Positions 40,611 through 53,700 of a stretch of DNA of 64,000 nucleotides are shown piece by piece. The DNA is from Macrostomum hystrix. Lineage: Eukaryota; Animalia; Platyhelminthes. The DNA lies in assembly GCA_950097015.1 (NCBI GenBank), contig CATNEN010000034.1, forward strand, positions 2,170,001-2,234,000, read 5' to 3'. Made by a program: the position numbers and the translations under genes. Numbering within the stretch: position 1 is the stretch's first letter; every line of letters begins with the position of its first letter. The notes below the pieces were generated by a model that had not been told where the DNA came from, ran no database searches, and saw only the letters and a list, made by a program, of their open reading frames with translations.

Positions 40611-41229
40611 CGGCGAGCTGCGCGACTGGCTGCGGAGAATCGGCTGCTCGCAGATACACTCGCCACCGTACCACCCGGAGTCCAACGGCCTAGCAGAGCG
40701 GATGGTCCAGACTGTCAAACGGGGTCTGGTGGCATTTCCGGTGCATCGCGGATCTTTTGATGCGTATCTGGCCAAGTTGCTGTTGAACTACAGGGCGACT
40801 CCGAGGAGCGACGGCCGAGGCAGTCCGTCAGCGCTGATGGGCAGACAACTGAGGAGCCCACTGACCCTGACGTTCAGTGTCGATGCGCCTGTCATCTACC
40901 AGGCTCGTGCCGGCAGCCCTACGGAGTCTGCGCGTTTCGTGGTACAGGCTGGGCACAACACCGCCGTGGTCACCCGAGAGGATGGTCGGCCGGTGCTCGC
41001 TCATCGGGATCAGATCCGCCCACTACCTGACGGCAATGAGCAACCAGCTGGTCACTTGCCTGGGAGGGACGACGGAGAAAAAGATTCCGCCTCTGAGGTG
41101 GCTTCACTCCCGGGTTCTGAGGTGCAGGACGGTCCAGCTGGCAGCTTTCAGACAAATGCAACTCCGGTGCCCAGACGAAGTGAGCGCAGCAACAAGGGTG
41201 TTCCACCCGATCGTCTGGTCCTCCGTTGA
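40411..41229 (+). pseudogene. Integrase catalytic core (DDE) lacking its HHCC N-terminus, out of frame with pol
   Basis: ERVHMDH...VVDAFSGWPE...LVSDNA...YHPESNGLAERMVQTVK; ends RRSERSNKGVPPDRL*. Confidence 0.88.
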
Positions 41230-41689
41230 CGGGGAGATGTGGCGCCGTCGGTCTATCGCGGCCAGGCGCATGGATAGCCTGAGCGTGGGCGGGCGCGGGG
41301 CCGCCAATGTCCTTTAACTCTTCGCTAACTTATTAATGTACATGCCTAGGGCGTGGCACGTTGCCACCGCTCAATAATATCGCACGTTGTACTTGTGTTT
41401 CGCGTTCTATATAAGTGATGTGACTGATGCACAAATATAATTATCTTGTTCGCTCTAAACTAACAAACATATGAGTCTCTCTAAACGACACGACAGTGCT
41501 ATCATCATCTTTATCGACTTTTAAAAAGCTTTTGATTCTGTGTCCTGCCTTGCTCTCAGATGGATCCTTGCCTACTACGGAGTTCCTCAAATTCTTTTTG
41601 CGGCTCTTAAATGGATCTCTACAAAAACACCCGTGCATTTTCCCTGACGAAAGAGAACCAAACAAATGTCTTCAAAACCATTTACTACT

Positions 41690-41722
41690 ACTATTACTAC
41701 TACTAATACTACTACTACTACT
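41690..41722. repeat. (ACT)n microsatellite, possibly LINE tail
   Basis: TACTACTACTATTACTACTACTAATACTACTACTACT. Confidence 0.7.
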
Positions 41723-41821
41723 AAACAGCTCGACAAGAGGTTATATATTTCTATTTTAGTAGAAACAAAAGTTTTCATGCTTTTTTCCTGCTCTGACATA
41801 AGAGGCTTTAACAAAGAGACT

Positions 41822-42615
41822 TTCAATCCTCGGCTGCTTTTTTCAATCAGCATGATACAATCCTCCGCTGCTTTTTTCAATCAGCATGATACAATCCTCC
41901 GCTGCTTTTTTCAATCAGCATGATACAATCCTCCGCTGCTTTTTTCAATCAGCATGATACAATCCTCCGCTGCTTTTTTCAATCAGCATGATACAATCCT
42001 CCGCTGCTTTTTTCAATCAGCATGATACAATCCTCCGCTGCTTTTTTCAATCAGCATGATACAATCCTCCGCTGCTTTTTTCAATCAGCATGATACAATC
42101 CTCCGCTGCTTTTTTCAATCAGCATGATACAATCCTCCGCTGCTTTTTTCAATCAGCATGATACAATCCTCCGCTGCTTTTTCAATCAGCACGATACAAT
42201 CCTCCGCTGCTTTTTTCAATCAGCACGATACAATCCTCCGCTGCTTTTTTCAATCAGCATGATACAATCCTCCGCTGCTTTTTTCAATCAGCATGATACA
42301 ATCCTCCGCTGCTTTTTCAATCAGCATGATACAATCCTCCGCTGCTTTTTTCAATCAGCATGATACAATCCTCCGCTGCTTTTTCAATCAGCATGATACA
42401 ATCCTCCGCTGCTTTTTTCAATCAGCATGATACAATCCTCCGCTGCTTTTTTCAATCAGCATGATACAATCCTCCGCTGCTTTTTCAATCAGCATGATAC
42501 AATCCTCCGCTGCTTTTTCAATCAGCATGATACAATCCTCCGCTGCTTTTTTCAATCAGCATGATACAATCCTCCGCTGCTTTTTTCAATCAGCATGATA
42601 CAATCCTCCGCTGCT
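41822..42615. repeat. 33-34-bp minisatellite
   Basis: Unit AATCAGCATGATACAATCCTCCGCTGCTTTTT(T)C, about 23 copies. Confidence 0.97.
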
Positions 42616-43269
42616 TTTGTTAATTGCTCAGAGAATTAGCCCAATGCCTGTAGTAGGAGCTGGGTGCAACAAACAGATAAAAATAGGCAACTGCAGGTAC
42701 AGTTGCATGCGCCTGCTGGTGGGCGGCATTTTTGGTCAGCCAGAAAACGACAATTCCTGTCTTTCCATTTTGTCTGACAAGTTAGTTGTACTTTTACTTT
42801 ATTGCTAAAAACTGTATATCGGAGACAGCAGTTTTTCTAATTCTGTAGCGTTTTTGCTGCGTGCATGCCAACACAACATGGATTTAGATTTTTTTAGCCT
42901 TGCTACGCGTAAAGAGAATAATTTACGAGCAGTTCATTTCATTCTGAGCAGTCCACTAGAAAACCTGCTGGTTAAAGCTACTGCATGAAGATATGGGCTT
43001 CCATACATACATGATGACGAATAATATCAAACTTATGGACACTTTTGTTTAGGGAAGCTTCCATAGTCTCTATTTACATTTTATTTATTTATTTACAAAC
43101 AAACTTCATGCAGAATAGCCGGGGAATCAGGATTGCCTGGGCAACTATGATACGCAAGATCAACTTTATGACATAATAAACTTAATTAAAAAAACTCCGA
43201 ACTTTGCTTGTCTGACAGCAGAAGATAAATCATTTACTCGTAATTTAAATTGAAAATTTCCAACTCGGG

Positions 43270-43375
43270 GTAGCTGTAAGGAATTATGTGTCCTGATCAA
43301 GGACACAAATCCTTTAACTTGTGCTATGATTCGAACTCATGACCTCTCTGTTAGAAGTCTAAGCAGAAGGCTGCT
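43270..43375 (-). mobile_element. Degenerate tRNA-SINE head fragment
   Basis: GTGTCCTGATCAAGGACACAAAT...GATTCGAACTCATGACCTC resembles the reverse-strand SINE family 1 head. Confidence 0.45.
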
Positions 43376-44764
43376 ACCTCTTCTATCATTCTGTACGATA
43401 ATTGTGTACTTGCCTTTGACTCCGACGTGCTCGAAGTCACCAAATACGGAGTCGCCAAAATAACTCTAAAAAAAAAACTTTTTTTGACGCATCTGAAGCA
43501 TTAATTAGGAAGACATTTATGGTGCTGCTTTCTACTGGCTATACACAGCATTCTCACATGGCCTCCCGTCGTCGCAATGTCGCCCAATGCATTAGAGAAA
43601 CATGCAATTTAATCAAGGCCCTCAAGGACGTCCATTGCTGATTCTGAAGGCATGACAACGCAACATTCTCGCAGCACCGCTATTGTCTCAGTTGATTGCC
43701 TTGAAAAACGGTCCCGTAAACCGGTTTGGGCTATTGTCACTTAATGAGGCTGAGGATCTTGTGTTGAATCTGGGCTAGACAAAACTTGTGCAGTGCAAAT
43801 GCAATCAGTTTATCTCTTTGTGGTTGCTATTTTGGAATCCTGACTCACAGGTGCAACTTCTGAGTTCTAGTTGGCTATTGATTGTGAGTCATCTGAGATA
43901 ATTTGTAGCTAGTAGCTGGTCCCATATATCCCACAGGGTACCTTGGGTCGACTGGATCGAGCAGCAACTGATTTCAGTCGGTTTGGTTTGAGGATGGACC
44001 TGAGGCTCCATTCTAGAGCCTTAATTTGACATCCACTTTAGACTTTTTCGACCATTTTTAGTTTTGAACAGGTGGTAATTCAGGCTATGCCGCTTGTATT
44101 CGCCAGGTTGAATCAAGGTCGCACTCGGGTTTAGATCCTAAAGAATCTAAAAATTCTTGTCTTAATAAACTGTCTACTTTCCCTTCAAGTTGAAGAGCTT
44201 CTCGTGGAGCGGTTCTGTTAGATACTCCCACTGAGAAGAGTCCTGATGAGGCTCTCTGCAGAACGGAGCAAGGTTGAAATTTTGTAGACGCATTGCCAGT
44301 GTTTCTTGTTTCACAACTTTAATTATTCAATTGCTGCAAAACTCCTGCAGAAATGCTTCATCAAATTGCGCCTCCCCTGTGGTGCCAGCGGGAAGTTTGA
44401 ATAGCCTGGCAGGTAGTTTCTCTGCTATTGGTCGCTCCATCAAACCATCTTCTTTAAATGGGGTTGGCGACAAGCAAGCCGTAGGAGAGTTGCCAATGGC
44501 AATACAAAACACCCTATGTTTTGCTAGTCTATTACTCTACTATACAGAAGAGTATTTTACAGTTCCTTCAAGAACTAGCCAGCCGAGAAGGCGAGATCTT
44601 GCTCATTATTCGAACCTGAAGAAGCCAAAGTCAGGTAGCAGTGTTTGGCTGCAGGTATTTGTTCAAGGCGACGAGCGGTCTATCAGCACTGCGAAGCTGA
44701 AACTAATTAAGCTTAATATACGACCTATTTTTTTAAATCAAAGAATATGCTGGACTTTCAGTTC

Positions 44765-47700
44765 ATGAAAAATGCACAACCAATTAGTTGGTTTTGGCTC
44801 TGTCTTTTTGCACTGCTGTCGACTGGAAATGGTAAACGATTAATTTTATAGCTTCAACTTTCTATTGCTTCCTACTATCTATTGCTGCACGGAGCATCTC
44901 GGCTGCTTAAGCAAAGTTTTTAATTTCTAACCCAGAATTACCCAAGGGCTTGAATGCATTTCAATTACAGTTCAATTTCGTAATACTCCAAAGGGATCAT
45001 TTTCGAAACCAAAGGCAAATTAGCAAAAGAAAGACAAATCTATAAGCTATGCACTAAAGCGGTACCGTCTCAGAGGATCTACGAGCGTAGTTTAAGGGAG
45101 TGGTCGCGTTTCTCATTTAAATTATATAGCCCTCTTTAAGTGTCACAAAGTCAGTGCCTAATTTTTCTTACACATGCATATTAACACCAACATGAGCAGT
45201 TAGCAAAAGATTAACTGTGAGAGCAAGCTGTTGACCCTGTAAAGCGACTAGGTCAGGGTTCTCGGTTGAAGGTACAGTCGTTACAGCATAGTCAAGACAC
45301 GGGTGGTCGACATGCAGTTCCATCAAACAAGGGTCCACTCCGAAGTGGGTGGGCCGTCTGCAAGTTTGACGGCTCTTTTTCTGCAAAAGCTAATTATATT
45401 TGTTCCCTTCCCTTACCCCTTCACCTTGTGGAGACTAGACAGCTAGAATAAAAAACAAATGCAAAATGGAAAAACTACACTGCCAGTTCTCTTTTAGTTT
45501 GTTATTAGTCATCAGGTAGTGAGTTATTTCTTCACCAATTAGTGCCAATCTGCAAGATCGAGTTGCGGAGGCAGGAAAAAACGGAACGATATTCTAAAGC
45601 CCTTCAGTCCCTCGATCTATTTGTTGGACGAACTAACGTGCATCGAGCAAGGTCCACCATCACGAAAGTCAGGGTGGATGTAACGGGTTACAGAGTACTG
45701 TGTTAGTGTATGCTTACGATCGAATTACGAATGAATGACCTCCTCGATGGCTAGAAGTCGATTGTGCATCATTACCCAGAGCTACCCAACCATTTATCAT
45801 TAACATTATAAATAGGCACAACAATCGACACTGAAAATTCCTCGCAATAATTATTTTCAGCCAGCAACGTTTGTCCGCCGCTGAGCTTTGACCCAGCAAA
45901 AGAGATCTTTCATCTGGTGCCTCACGATGGATCGCCTGCGTATTTGCTGACAAACAGCTCGTTCAGCAACTACCAGCCGGGCGACAGTGTGCAGATGCAG
46001 TGCGCTGACGGCTACGTTGATTCGCGAACAATGCAACGTATGTTGTCACAAACTTCCATAGTCTGCCGGCTTCCGAGCCCAGGTGGAGTCACCACAACAA
46101 CTGCAGCAGTTCCAGCACCGGTATGGAGCAACTCGTCGCTTTCCTGCATGGGTGAGTGCAAACTTGAACTTAATATGTTTCATAGAGTTTTACGAACTAA
46201 TACTGCAGGAAAATCCTATTTCATTTAACGGCTTCGTAATCGCAATTATTTTCTTTCTAGAAGCAAAAAGAACACCAAATTGTATAGAATAAAAGCTATT
46301 TTCTTCGAGCTGTCTGGATTAAGTTCGCCAAACCAACTCGAATTCCACAGTTCACATATGTCCAGCAATCTCAGCGACAGACTCCTCGTTGAACAAGTCA
46401 GTTCTAGCAGCCGGTCTTGACCCGGCGAATCCCACATCCTATAGTACCAGCGTCGTGGTGCGGTGCATCCCATACGGTTACATACTACCTGGAAATCAGC
46501 GCGAGGCGGATACAGCAACCCTCAGGTGCGGCTACACAGGCTGGGATCTGACCTACTCCATTGAGTCCGTAGGTCGCAGTTTTCAGGTCTTCCCGGTCAT
46601 TGTTGCCGTGTCCGGCGCCCCAGCACCTACGTTCGGCGCATGCAACCGTGAGTCAAACCGTTTTTTAAAGGTCGCTATCACTGATTCTCTCTAGTGCAAG
46701 CAATCAACACTAAGCAATAGGAATAATTTTTCAGCGCTGGTGTGCACAAGCTTTTCAATCAATACGGCACAGCACAGGAAGCTGTCTACAAATGGCATTA
46801 CATCTAACGAATTCTCATTGAATTCGGAGCACAACATCACGTGCAAAAACGGTGTCGGCTATTTATTTGCTAACTCAAGCGAAGCCAACTGGCTGAACTT
46901 GCAGTGCAACTTTCTAGGCTGGAAAGCAACATTCTACATCGAAGGCGACGGTCGAGCAACCTCGTGGCAGACAAGCGTTCAGTTGAATCGCACGGCCACA
47001 TTGACGATTCCATCATGCTTTGGTAATTTCTTTTTTATGCGAAGCAAGCAAAGCAAGTGAATTGCTCCTGAAAGTGAAAAGTGAAAAGTAGCTAATAAAG
47101 CATTAGAAGCATCATTTTTCAGCATTTCAGTGTTCGATCCCAGTGGTTCTTGCAAATCCATCGCGAACTGTGAACAAGCCAGGCATTTCTACTAGTGACA
47201 TTACCTCTTTCGGAGCGAACATAACTTACAAGTGTCCAACAGAGTATGGACACAAATTTGCGAATAATTCTAACGAAGCTGACACTGTAAGCTTGGAGTG
47301 CACATTCTCTGGCTGGAAGACTGTCTACTCGATTCAATCAGAAGGCCGAATTCCAAATACGTTTTCTATGAATCTTCTGCCTCGACCTACTCAACCGGTA
47401 ATTGGAGCTTGCGACGGTAAGTGAAATTCCGTCACACATTGGGACGATAAAAGTTCCTGGAGAAGTTTTACTCGGTTGGTTCGTGGTGAAGCAATATAAT
47501 CCAAACAGAGTTTACAAAGCTTAAAACTTGAGTATAAGTTCAACTACTCAAACAAGTTAAAGAATGAATGAAGAAAAGAAAACCTTTGGGAGAAAAAGCA
47601 ATCGGCAATTCTTCCCTGTCATCTGATTACATTTCCTATGAATTGACCCAGTCATGCCTTGACTTATGCCATAGAAACCAAGGATTTTGTTCAAAATAGC

Positions 47701-50700
47701 AGTCAGCATGTATGAATTCCGGAACATGAACCTACCGTAAAAATGTTTTCCAGAACACTTATTGTATTTCCTGGGCAAAACAGGTGACACAAAGCTAAAG
47801 AGGGATGAATTATGCGCATTCAGTGAAAATTTTAATTTGAGCCGAGCGAAAATTGTGCTTAGATTAGAACGAAAAAACGGCCTTCAATCAAAATCTACAC
47901 GAATCGGTCATTTTTTCGTCCTAAGTGTTTAGTAGCCCCCCGGCGTGTGCGACATAATCTATTCGGCACATAATATTACATATTGTCGGATTTATAATCC
48001 TCCGTTTCTTAGTCTTGCGTTCCTTATTTACTTTCAGTCAATATGTCCTTTTAATCTAACACTTCAGCGGTTCTCTGCCACACTCCCATAAATTGGGACC
48101 CAGCAACACAGACTCAGAATGTAACTTTCCCTGGCGTTGATGCATTGAATAACCAGTCCGTTGACACTGTGCTGACTGTCTTGTGCAAGAACCAGTCCGA
48201 GGAATTCTACAAATACCGAAGCGAAAATCCAGCAAACAAAGCCGTCATTACTTGCTTGCCGTCTGGCAGATGGCTTGTGGAGCTTTATGCTATGGGTACT
48301 GGCTTCAGTCCCAAATTAAATGGACCATGGTGGTACATATCGTCAAATGTTCAACTGAATCCATGCCGTGGTAAGTTGATCAGAGCTTTAAATCGCGTCT
48401 TCAACCTTTGTCTTTTGACGCCTTTCTTCTACTTCAGTTGCTTTTTGAACTCGCAATTGTCGTATTCGTACTTTTTGGTTTCATTTGGCACACAGACAAA
48501 TAAGCAAATAGTTTCTATCTATAAACTAAATAAACTAAACGGTGGTGTAGTAAGAGGTCAGTTGTATGTTTTTTTTCTAGCCAAATACCTGTTTATATTG
48601 AAAGGATCAAAGCTCCTCGTTTCTAATCCTCTTATGATAGATCGAATATGTTGGGGAGACTTCTCATATCCGGGCACGCAATCAGCCTTGATCTCAACGG
48701 GGCCAAGCATTCATCGATATGAAGTGGTGAACGGCTGGTCAGTTCAGTTCAGGTGCCTCAGCGGATATCGAGGCGTCAATTTCCAGCTGGTTGTTAGCAA
48801 CGCCTGCAGTGTTGGTCTCGACTGGCAACAGTAAGGGCTGCAGGCAGTGTTTCTTGTTTGTATGCAATTTCGCTTTGGCGGAAATTGGTAGACTAAAGAA
48901 AAAAAGCTTTGTAATTTCAGAAAACTGGTGAAAGTCTGGAACAAAAACGCTGAATTCGACAATGGAAAAAACATTTGCAAATGTGAGGCCCTATAAAAGT
49001 ATTTAACAAATTTTCACGAAATCTCATTAAAATGCTTCCAAAAAACTTCAGATCAAAACTACTACCGCGGATGCTTCAAAATGAGCGAGATAGACAGTCA
49101 ACTAAATGGCGGCTTTAAGGAATTGATACCCACCAGCGCAAACACAGTTGATGCTTGCAGAGGCGAGTGCTACACGCGCAATTACACCCTGGCTGTTAAG
49201 AACTCCACCAGCTGTATGTGCTTGCAACCGAACACTACTGGTGCAATCGCTGACTTGAGTGACAATGCCACCCAGATTCTGCCATTCGTGCTTTCTACTG
49301 CGACTCGCGAGAAAAAAAACTACAACTGCATGGCTCAGTGCTCAGATGGCGAGTATTGTGGCGGTCTGAATGCAACCAGTGGTGACGCATTTTATTCGGT
49401 GTTCGATTCCTTTGGTAAGTGTATCGTTTGTGTGCTTTGTGCTTTGCAATTTAGACTGTCTAATAATTAATTACGCATGATTACGAGCTCGTAGAGTGTC
49501 CAGTGATTAAAAAACCTATTGTTTAAAAACCTAATGGGCCTGCTCATATATAGATGGGATGCAGCTGGGATGTTATTTAAAACAGGCAAATTATTCATTA
49601 AAAACTCATTTTTAGACGGTTGCTATCAGGTGAACGAAATTGATGCCCGCAAAATAGTCGACAATGTTACGATGGAGCTAATTGGTTCTTCGGCTTGCAA
49701 AGCGCATTGCAAACTGTTCCCACTTGCCGTGTATGCTGTCCTGCGGCTAAGCACATGCACCTGCCTTAGTGATGTGCTGGACAATGCTGTGGTGGCCCTC
49801 CCAGGTGGAACTACTTGCAATGTGTCATGCCCAACGACAGACGAGACCTGTGGAGGCACTGTCAATTATTATAACATCTACGCACTGTCTACCTACACGG
49901 ACAAGCCGCAGTCTTGCTATGAGTACAATGCTAAAAGGAAGATTTTCCAGTCTGGAAAGTACTTAGTCTACGGTAACATCAATACTACGACGGCTCCTGA
50001 CTTACCGAATGCGCTGTATTGCTATATGGTTGGTAAGTTTTGAGAACTGATCGACATAATTTGGTCACAGACTGCACTGTAGGTAGCCCCTCCTACTTGC
50101 CATCACTATAGATATGTAGCTCATGTGTGTTCGAAAATACTTTGCATGAGCTGTTCGAAACAAAAATACTCAGTTAAAAATTATTAAGGAAAGATAGCTC
50201 GTAGGACGAAAAACTTAGTTCTCATGAAACGAGTTGTTGATTTATTTAAGATATTGAACAACTGATTCATAAATTATATGCGCTCTTTTCATCTAAATGT
50301 GCTCGCTCCGTTAATATAAACTTTCCTAGAATAGCTCGTTACTTTCTTCGAGTCTTACTCGTATATAGACTTTTTAACTTAAAAAAGGTTAAAGTGTGTC
50401 GCCGCCATGTATCATAAAAATAACCAGATTGCTTAAATTAAGCTTTTTAGTGACCTACACAAAAGTGAGCAAATGTTTTAACCAACAGACGGCACAGCAT
50501 GCGAGTCTGGCTGGGTCGGTTTTCAGGGCTCATGCTATTCGTTGAACTTCCGTCCCGAAGAGCTGTGGAGTTTTGAAAGTTCTGTGGAGAACTGCGCGGC
50601 TAAGAACTCCGTGCTGTGGGCCCCGGATACATTGGACTATTTCTTCCTGTATTCAAACTTCTTAAAAAGTGAGTGCGGCAGTAACTTACTTCGAGTATTA

Positions 50701-53700
50701 GTACGAGCTATATTAAGTATTAAGTAAAGTTGAATACATTGGGGTGAAAAAAACAAATAACTGCTTGAAGACTGTTGTATACTATAACCACAGTGTCGTG
50801 GTTGAAAACCCATGAAAGGGATTATGCTATTGCTTACATGTTTTCACTGGACCATTGTTAACGTCTAAAACTAGTATTTCATTTTCAGCGTTTCATAAGT
50901 ATGACCCTTGGTAGCAGCATTGCGTAGCAGCAATGCATGAAGTTAAGTGAAAGACAAATGGTTTAAGCAGCAGCGGATATCCAAAAAGTGGTTCCGTACC
51001 CACTGGCCCAGGCCTCCGTATAAAAATAGCTTTATAAGACGGCTAGCTAAACTACAAATGTTTTCAGACAAGGATTTTTTTATTAATCATAAGTAGGCGC
51101 AGCAGTGCTGCAGCAGTTGCTCTGGCAGCCTGTCTATGGCTCGGACTGTGGCAAACCTGCATTCTATTTAATCATAAGTAGGCGCATCAATGCTGCAGCA
51201 GTTGCTCTGGCAGCCTGTCTATGGCTCGGACTGTGGCAAACCTGCATTCTATTTAATCATAAATATGATATCCAAAATATCCAATATCCAAAATATCCAA
51301 AATATCCAAAATATGATATCCAAAATAGGATATCCAAAAAGTGGTTCCGTACCCACTGGCCCAGGCCTCCGTATAAAAATAGCTTTATAAGACGGCTAGC
51401 TAAACTACAAATGTTTTCAGACAAGGATTTTTTCGGTCGGGAATGGAACATTGGACTCCACAGCTGGAAAGGCTTAATTCCAATAATGTTGGATGGCAGC
51501 ATCGCAGCCGCGAACTATGAGAATATTTACAATAAGATGTCGGCTCGGACGCTAAGTGGTCTGCACTGCTTCATATACGATGTCAGTTTTACGAATAAAA
51601 ATCTTCTATATAACGAGAAAGTAGAAGTCGGTATACTCTTCCACCGAATTAACTGCACCATGCATGTACCCAGACGGTCTATCTGTGTGAGACGTGAGTG
51701 CCTCTGCGTTTTTGTCTTAGTTTGGTAATATAGCTTTTTGCAGCCTAGTCAATCATAAGTACAGATTGATTGAATATTGCTAGTCACAATTTAATCATAA
51801 GTAGGCGCATCAATGCTGCAGCAGTTGCTCTGGCAGCCTGTCTATGGCTCGGACTGTGGCAAACCTGCATTCAATTTAATCATAAGTAGGCGCATCAATG
51901 CTGCAGCAGTTGCTCTGGCAGCCTGTCTATGGCTCGGACTGTGGCAAACCTGCATTCAATTTAATCATAAGTAGGCGCATCAATGCTGCAGCAGTTGCTC
52001 TGGCAGCCTGTCTATGGCTCGGACTGTGGCAAACCTGCATTCTATTTAATCATAAGTAGGTGCATCAATGCTGCAGCAGTTGCTCTGGCAGCCTGTCTAT
52101 GGCTCGGACTGTGGCAAACCTGCATTCAATTTAATCATAAGTAGGCGCATCAATGCTGCAGCAGTTGCTGAGGCAGCCTGTCTGTGGCTGGACTGTGGCA
52201 AACCTGCATTCAATTTAATCATAAGTAGGCGCATCAATGCTGCAGCAGTTGCTGAGGCAGCCTGTCTGTGGCTGGACTGTGGCAAACCTATATTGAAAAT
52301 ATAGAAGTCTTACTATAATGAAAGAATCTGACTGCTATTGCGCAAATTCGGCACGTTATTCTCAGTCATACCATCTCGCATGTTGCATTAGATGTAAGAT
52401 GTGGTACAAGTATGTCAGAGCACAGCTTCACAATGCATGCTGCGAAGTTTCATGACAGAAGAGGACAAAGAAACAATTTATAGGACAGAATTGCCAATAT
52501 TTGCGCTTCTAATTTTGGCTTCAACTCGCCAAACCGAAAAAATATTGGCTTCGTATCTTTAAACAAAAAAATTTAGGCAAAAGTTTTCCTGGCTGTCACA
52601 AGTACAACACGGCACTCAAGGCTCGGCTGTACGAGGCAGGTAGCTCTTTTGCGATGCAAACACGCACGCTGCAAGAGTGTCAGCAGGTGTGCAATCATCT
52701 CAGGCTTGCTGCTGCCATTGTTGAGGGACCAAATTGCACCTGCATTGACAATGACTCGCTGATGGAGAATTTCGAGCTGGTAAAGAGCGAGTCGGAAATT
52801 CGTACCCAATGCATGGTGAAGTGTCGCCCGGACTCTTACCAGTTCTGCGCCGGCACACAGCTGGGCAGTTTCTCCTATGCCTACGTCATCCTCAGTAAGT
52901 TTCGCACAATCTAAGAACTACTTTTGTCATTTTGCGGTGCTTTTTATCAAATATTTAGATGCATAGTCTAAATGAACTACTATAAAAGTTACAATGTTTG
53001 ATAGAGCGCTGAGTATAAGCTCATCACAAGCATTCCCAATGAACAAAATAGGACCAAATACCAGAGCATTTCACGTTTATAGTTAAAGCCTGGTCGCTGA
53101 TAGCCCGTGTGGAAAACAAGGCACCGGTGCTGCCGGGAGAGGCAATAAAATCTGTGTACGACATGCTGCTAAACTCTGCCCAGACATTTGGTACGAACAA
53201 TGACGCTGGCGAAAACCGCATGTACGGCGCCAGGTCGCCGCTGATTCTGTTGCCATGGCAGCCATTAAATTTGCCGAACCGAAAGTTTTTGTACGATAGA
53301 CCCGATATGAACATGAACTATTTCAACTTTATGTGGCGTCAAATGAACACTGGGAGTCGCAACATAACCGAGCTTGTTAACGTTACATTTGTAAATAATG
53401 ACGGCACAACTAGCTGGCTGCTGTTCGATGCGATCAACAAGACGTACTATAACTTCTTCACATCCGGCTCCCTCGTGAACACGTCTAGCGGGCCATTGGA
53501 CTCGTCGTACTCAGTCAACCAAAAGTCTGGAAACACTAAGTGAGCTTACGAGTCGCACTCTCTTACAATCTCTTACACTCTCTTACAATCTCTTACAATC
53601 TCTTACAATCTCTTACAATCTCTTACAATCTCTTACAATCTCTTACAATCTCTTACAATCTCTTACAATCTCTTACAATCTCTTACAATCTCTTACAATC

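Larger units (their letters stand above)
37869..41495 (+). mobile_element. Ty3/Gypsy (Mag-like) LTR retrotransposon, 3627 bp, internally deleted
   Basis: 258-bp LTRs TG...CA at 37869-38126 and 41238-41495, identical by eye. 5-bp TSD GTGCT. PBS TGGCATCGCGAGCAG at 38128; PPT GACGGGGAGA at 41228-41237. Confidence 0.97.
37500..41660 (+). pseudogene. Decayed non-LTR (LINE) reverse transcriptase fragment, split by the LTR element (37500-37868 and 41496-41660)
   Basis: RGIALECTLPKLLN*ILRNRL...QSGFRPGRSTLEQIANVR joins across the LTR insertion to AIIIFIDF*KAFDSV: RT domains 1-3 with stops and frameshifts. Confidence 0.8.

Noticed and set aside
28856-41317. Numerous antisense ORFs over MTR exons and the gag-pol region (e.g. 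32239-32754, 38072-38953)
   Set aside because: Shadow ORFs of GC-rich coding sequence on the opposite strand.
22312-44764. One huge gene joining the 17.6-22.3 kb lectin/CCP exons to the 45-63 kb exons, with MTR nested antisense in its intron
   Set aside because: The downstream gene has its own ATG and signal-peptide exon (44765-44831), and the upstream gene has a plausible terminal exon with AATAAA at 24753-24806. Not fully excluded without cDNA.
44274-44768. 164-aa ORF whose TGA overlaps the ATG of the giant gene
   Set aside because: Non-ATG start, no recognisable motif and low-complexity composition; likely chance.
45775-45832. Minus-strand VSIVVPIYNV resembling a glycosyltransferase-2 N-terminal motif
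   Set aside because: A stop follows within about 10 codons and no further GT-A motifs are found; it lies antisense to an intron end.
51081-52285. CRISPR-like array (85-bp repeats with internal palindrome); likewise the 31-36-bp arrays
   Set aside because: Units are head-to-tail with no unique spacers, there are no cas genes, and the context is a eukaryotic intron.
53249-53262. Near-perfect X-box GTTGCCATGGCAGC
   Set aside because: Lies inside coding exon 14 (codons LPWQ); likely coincidental.
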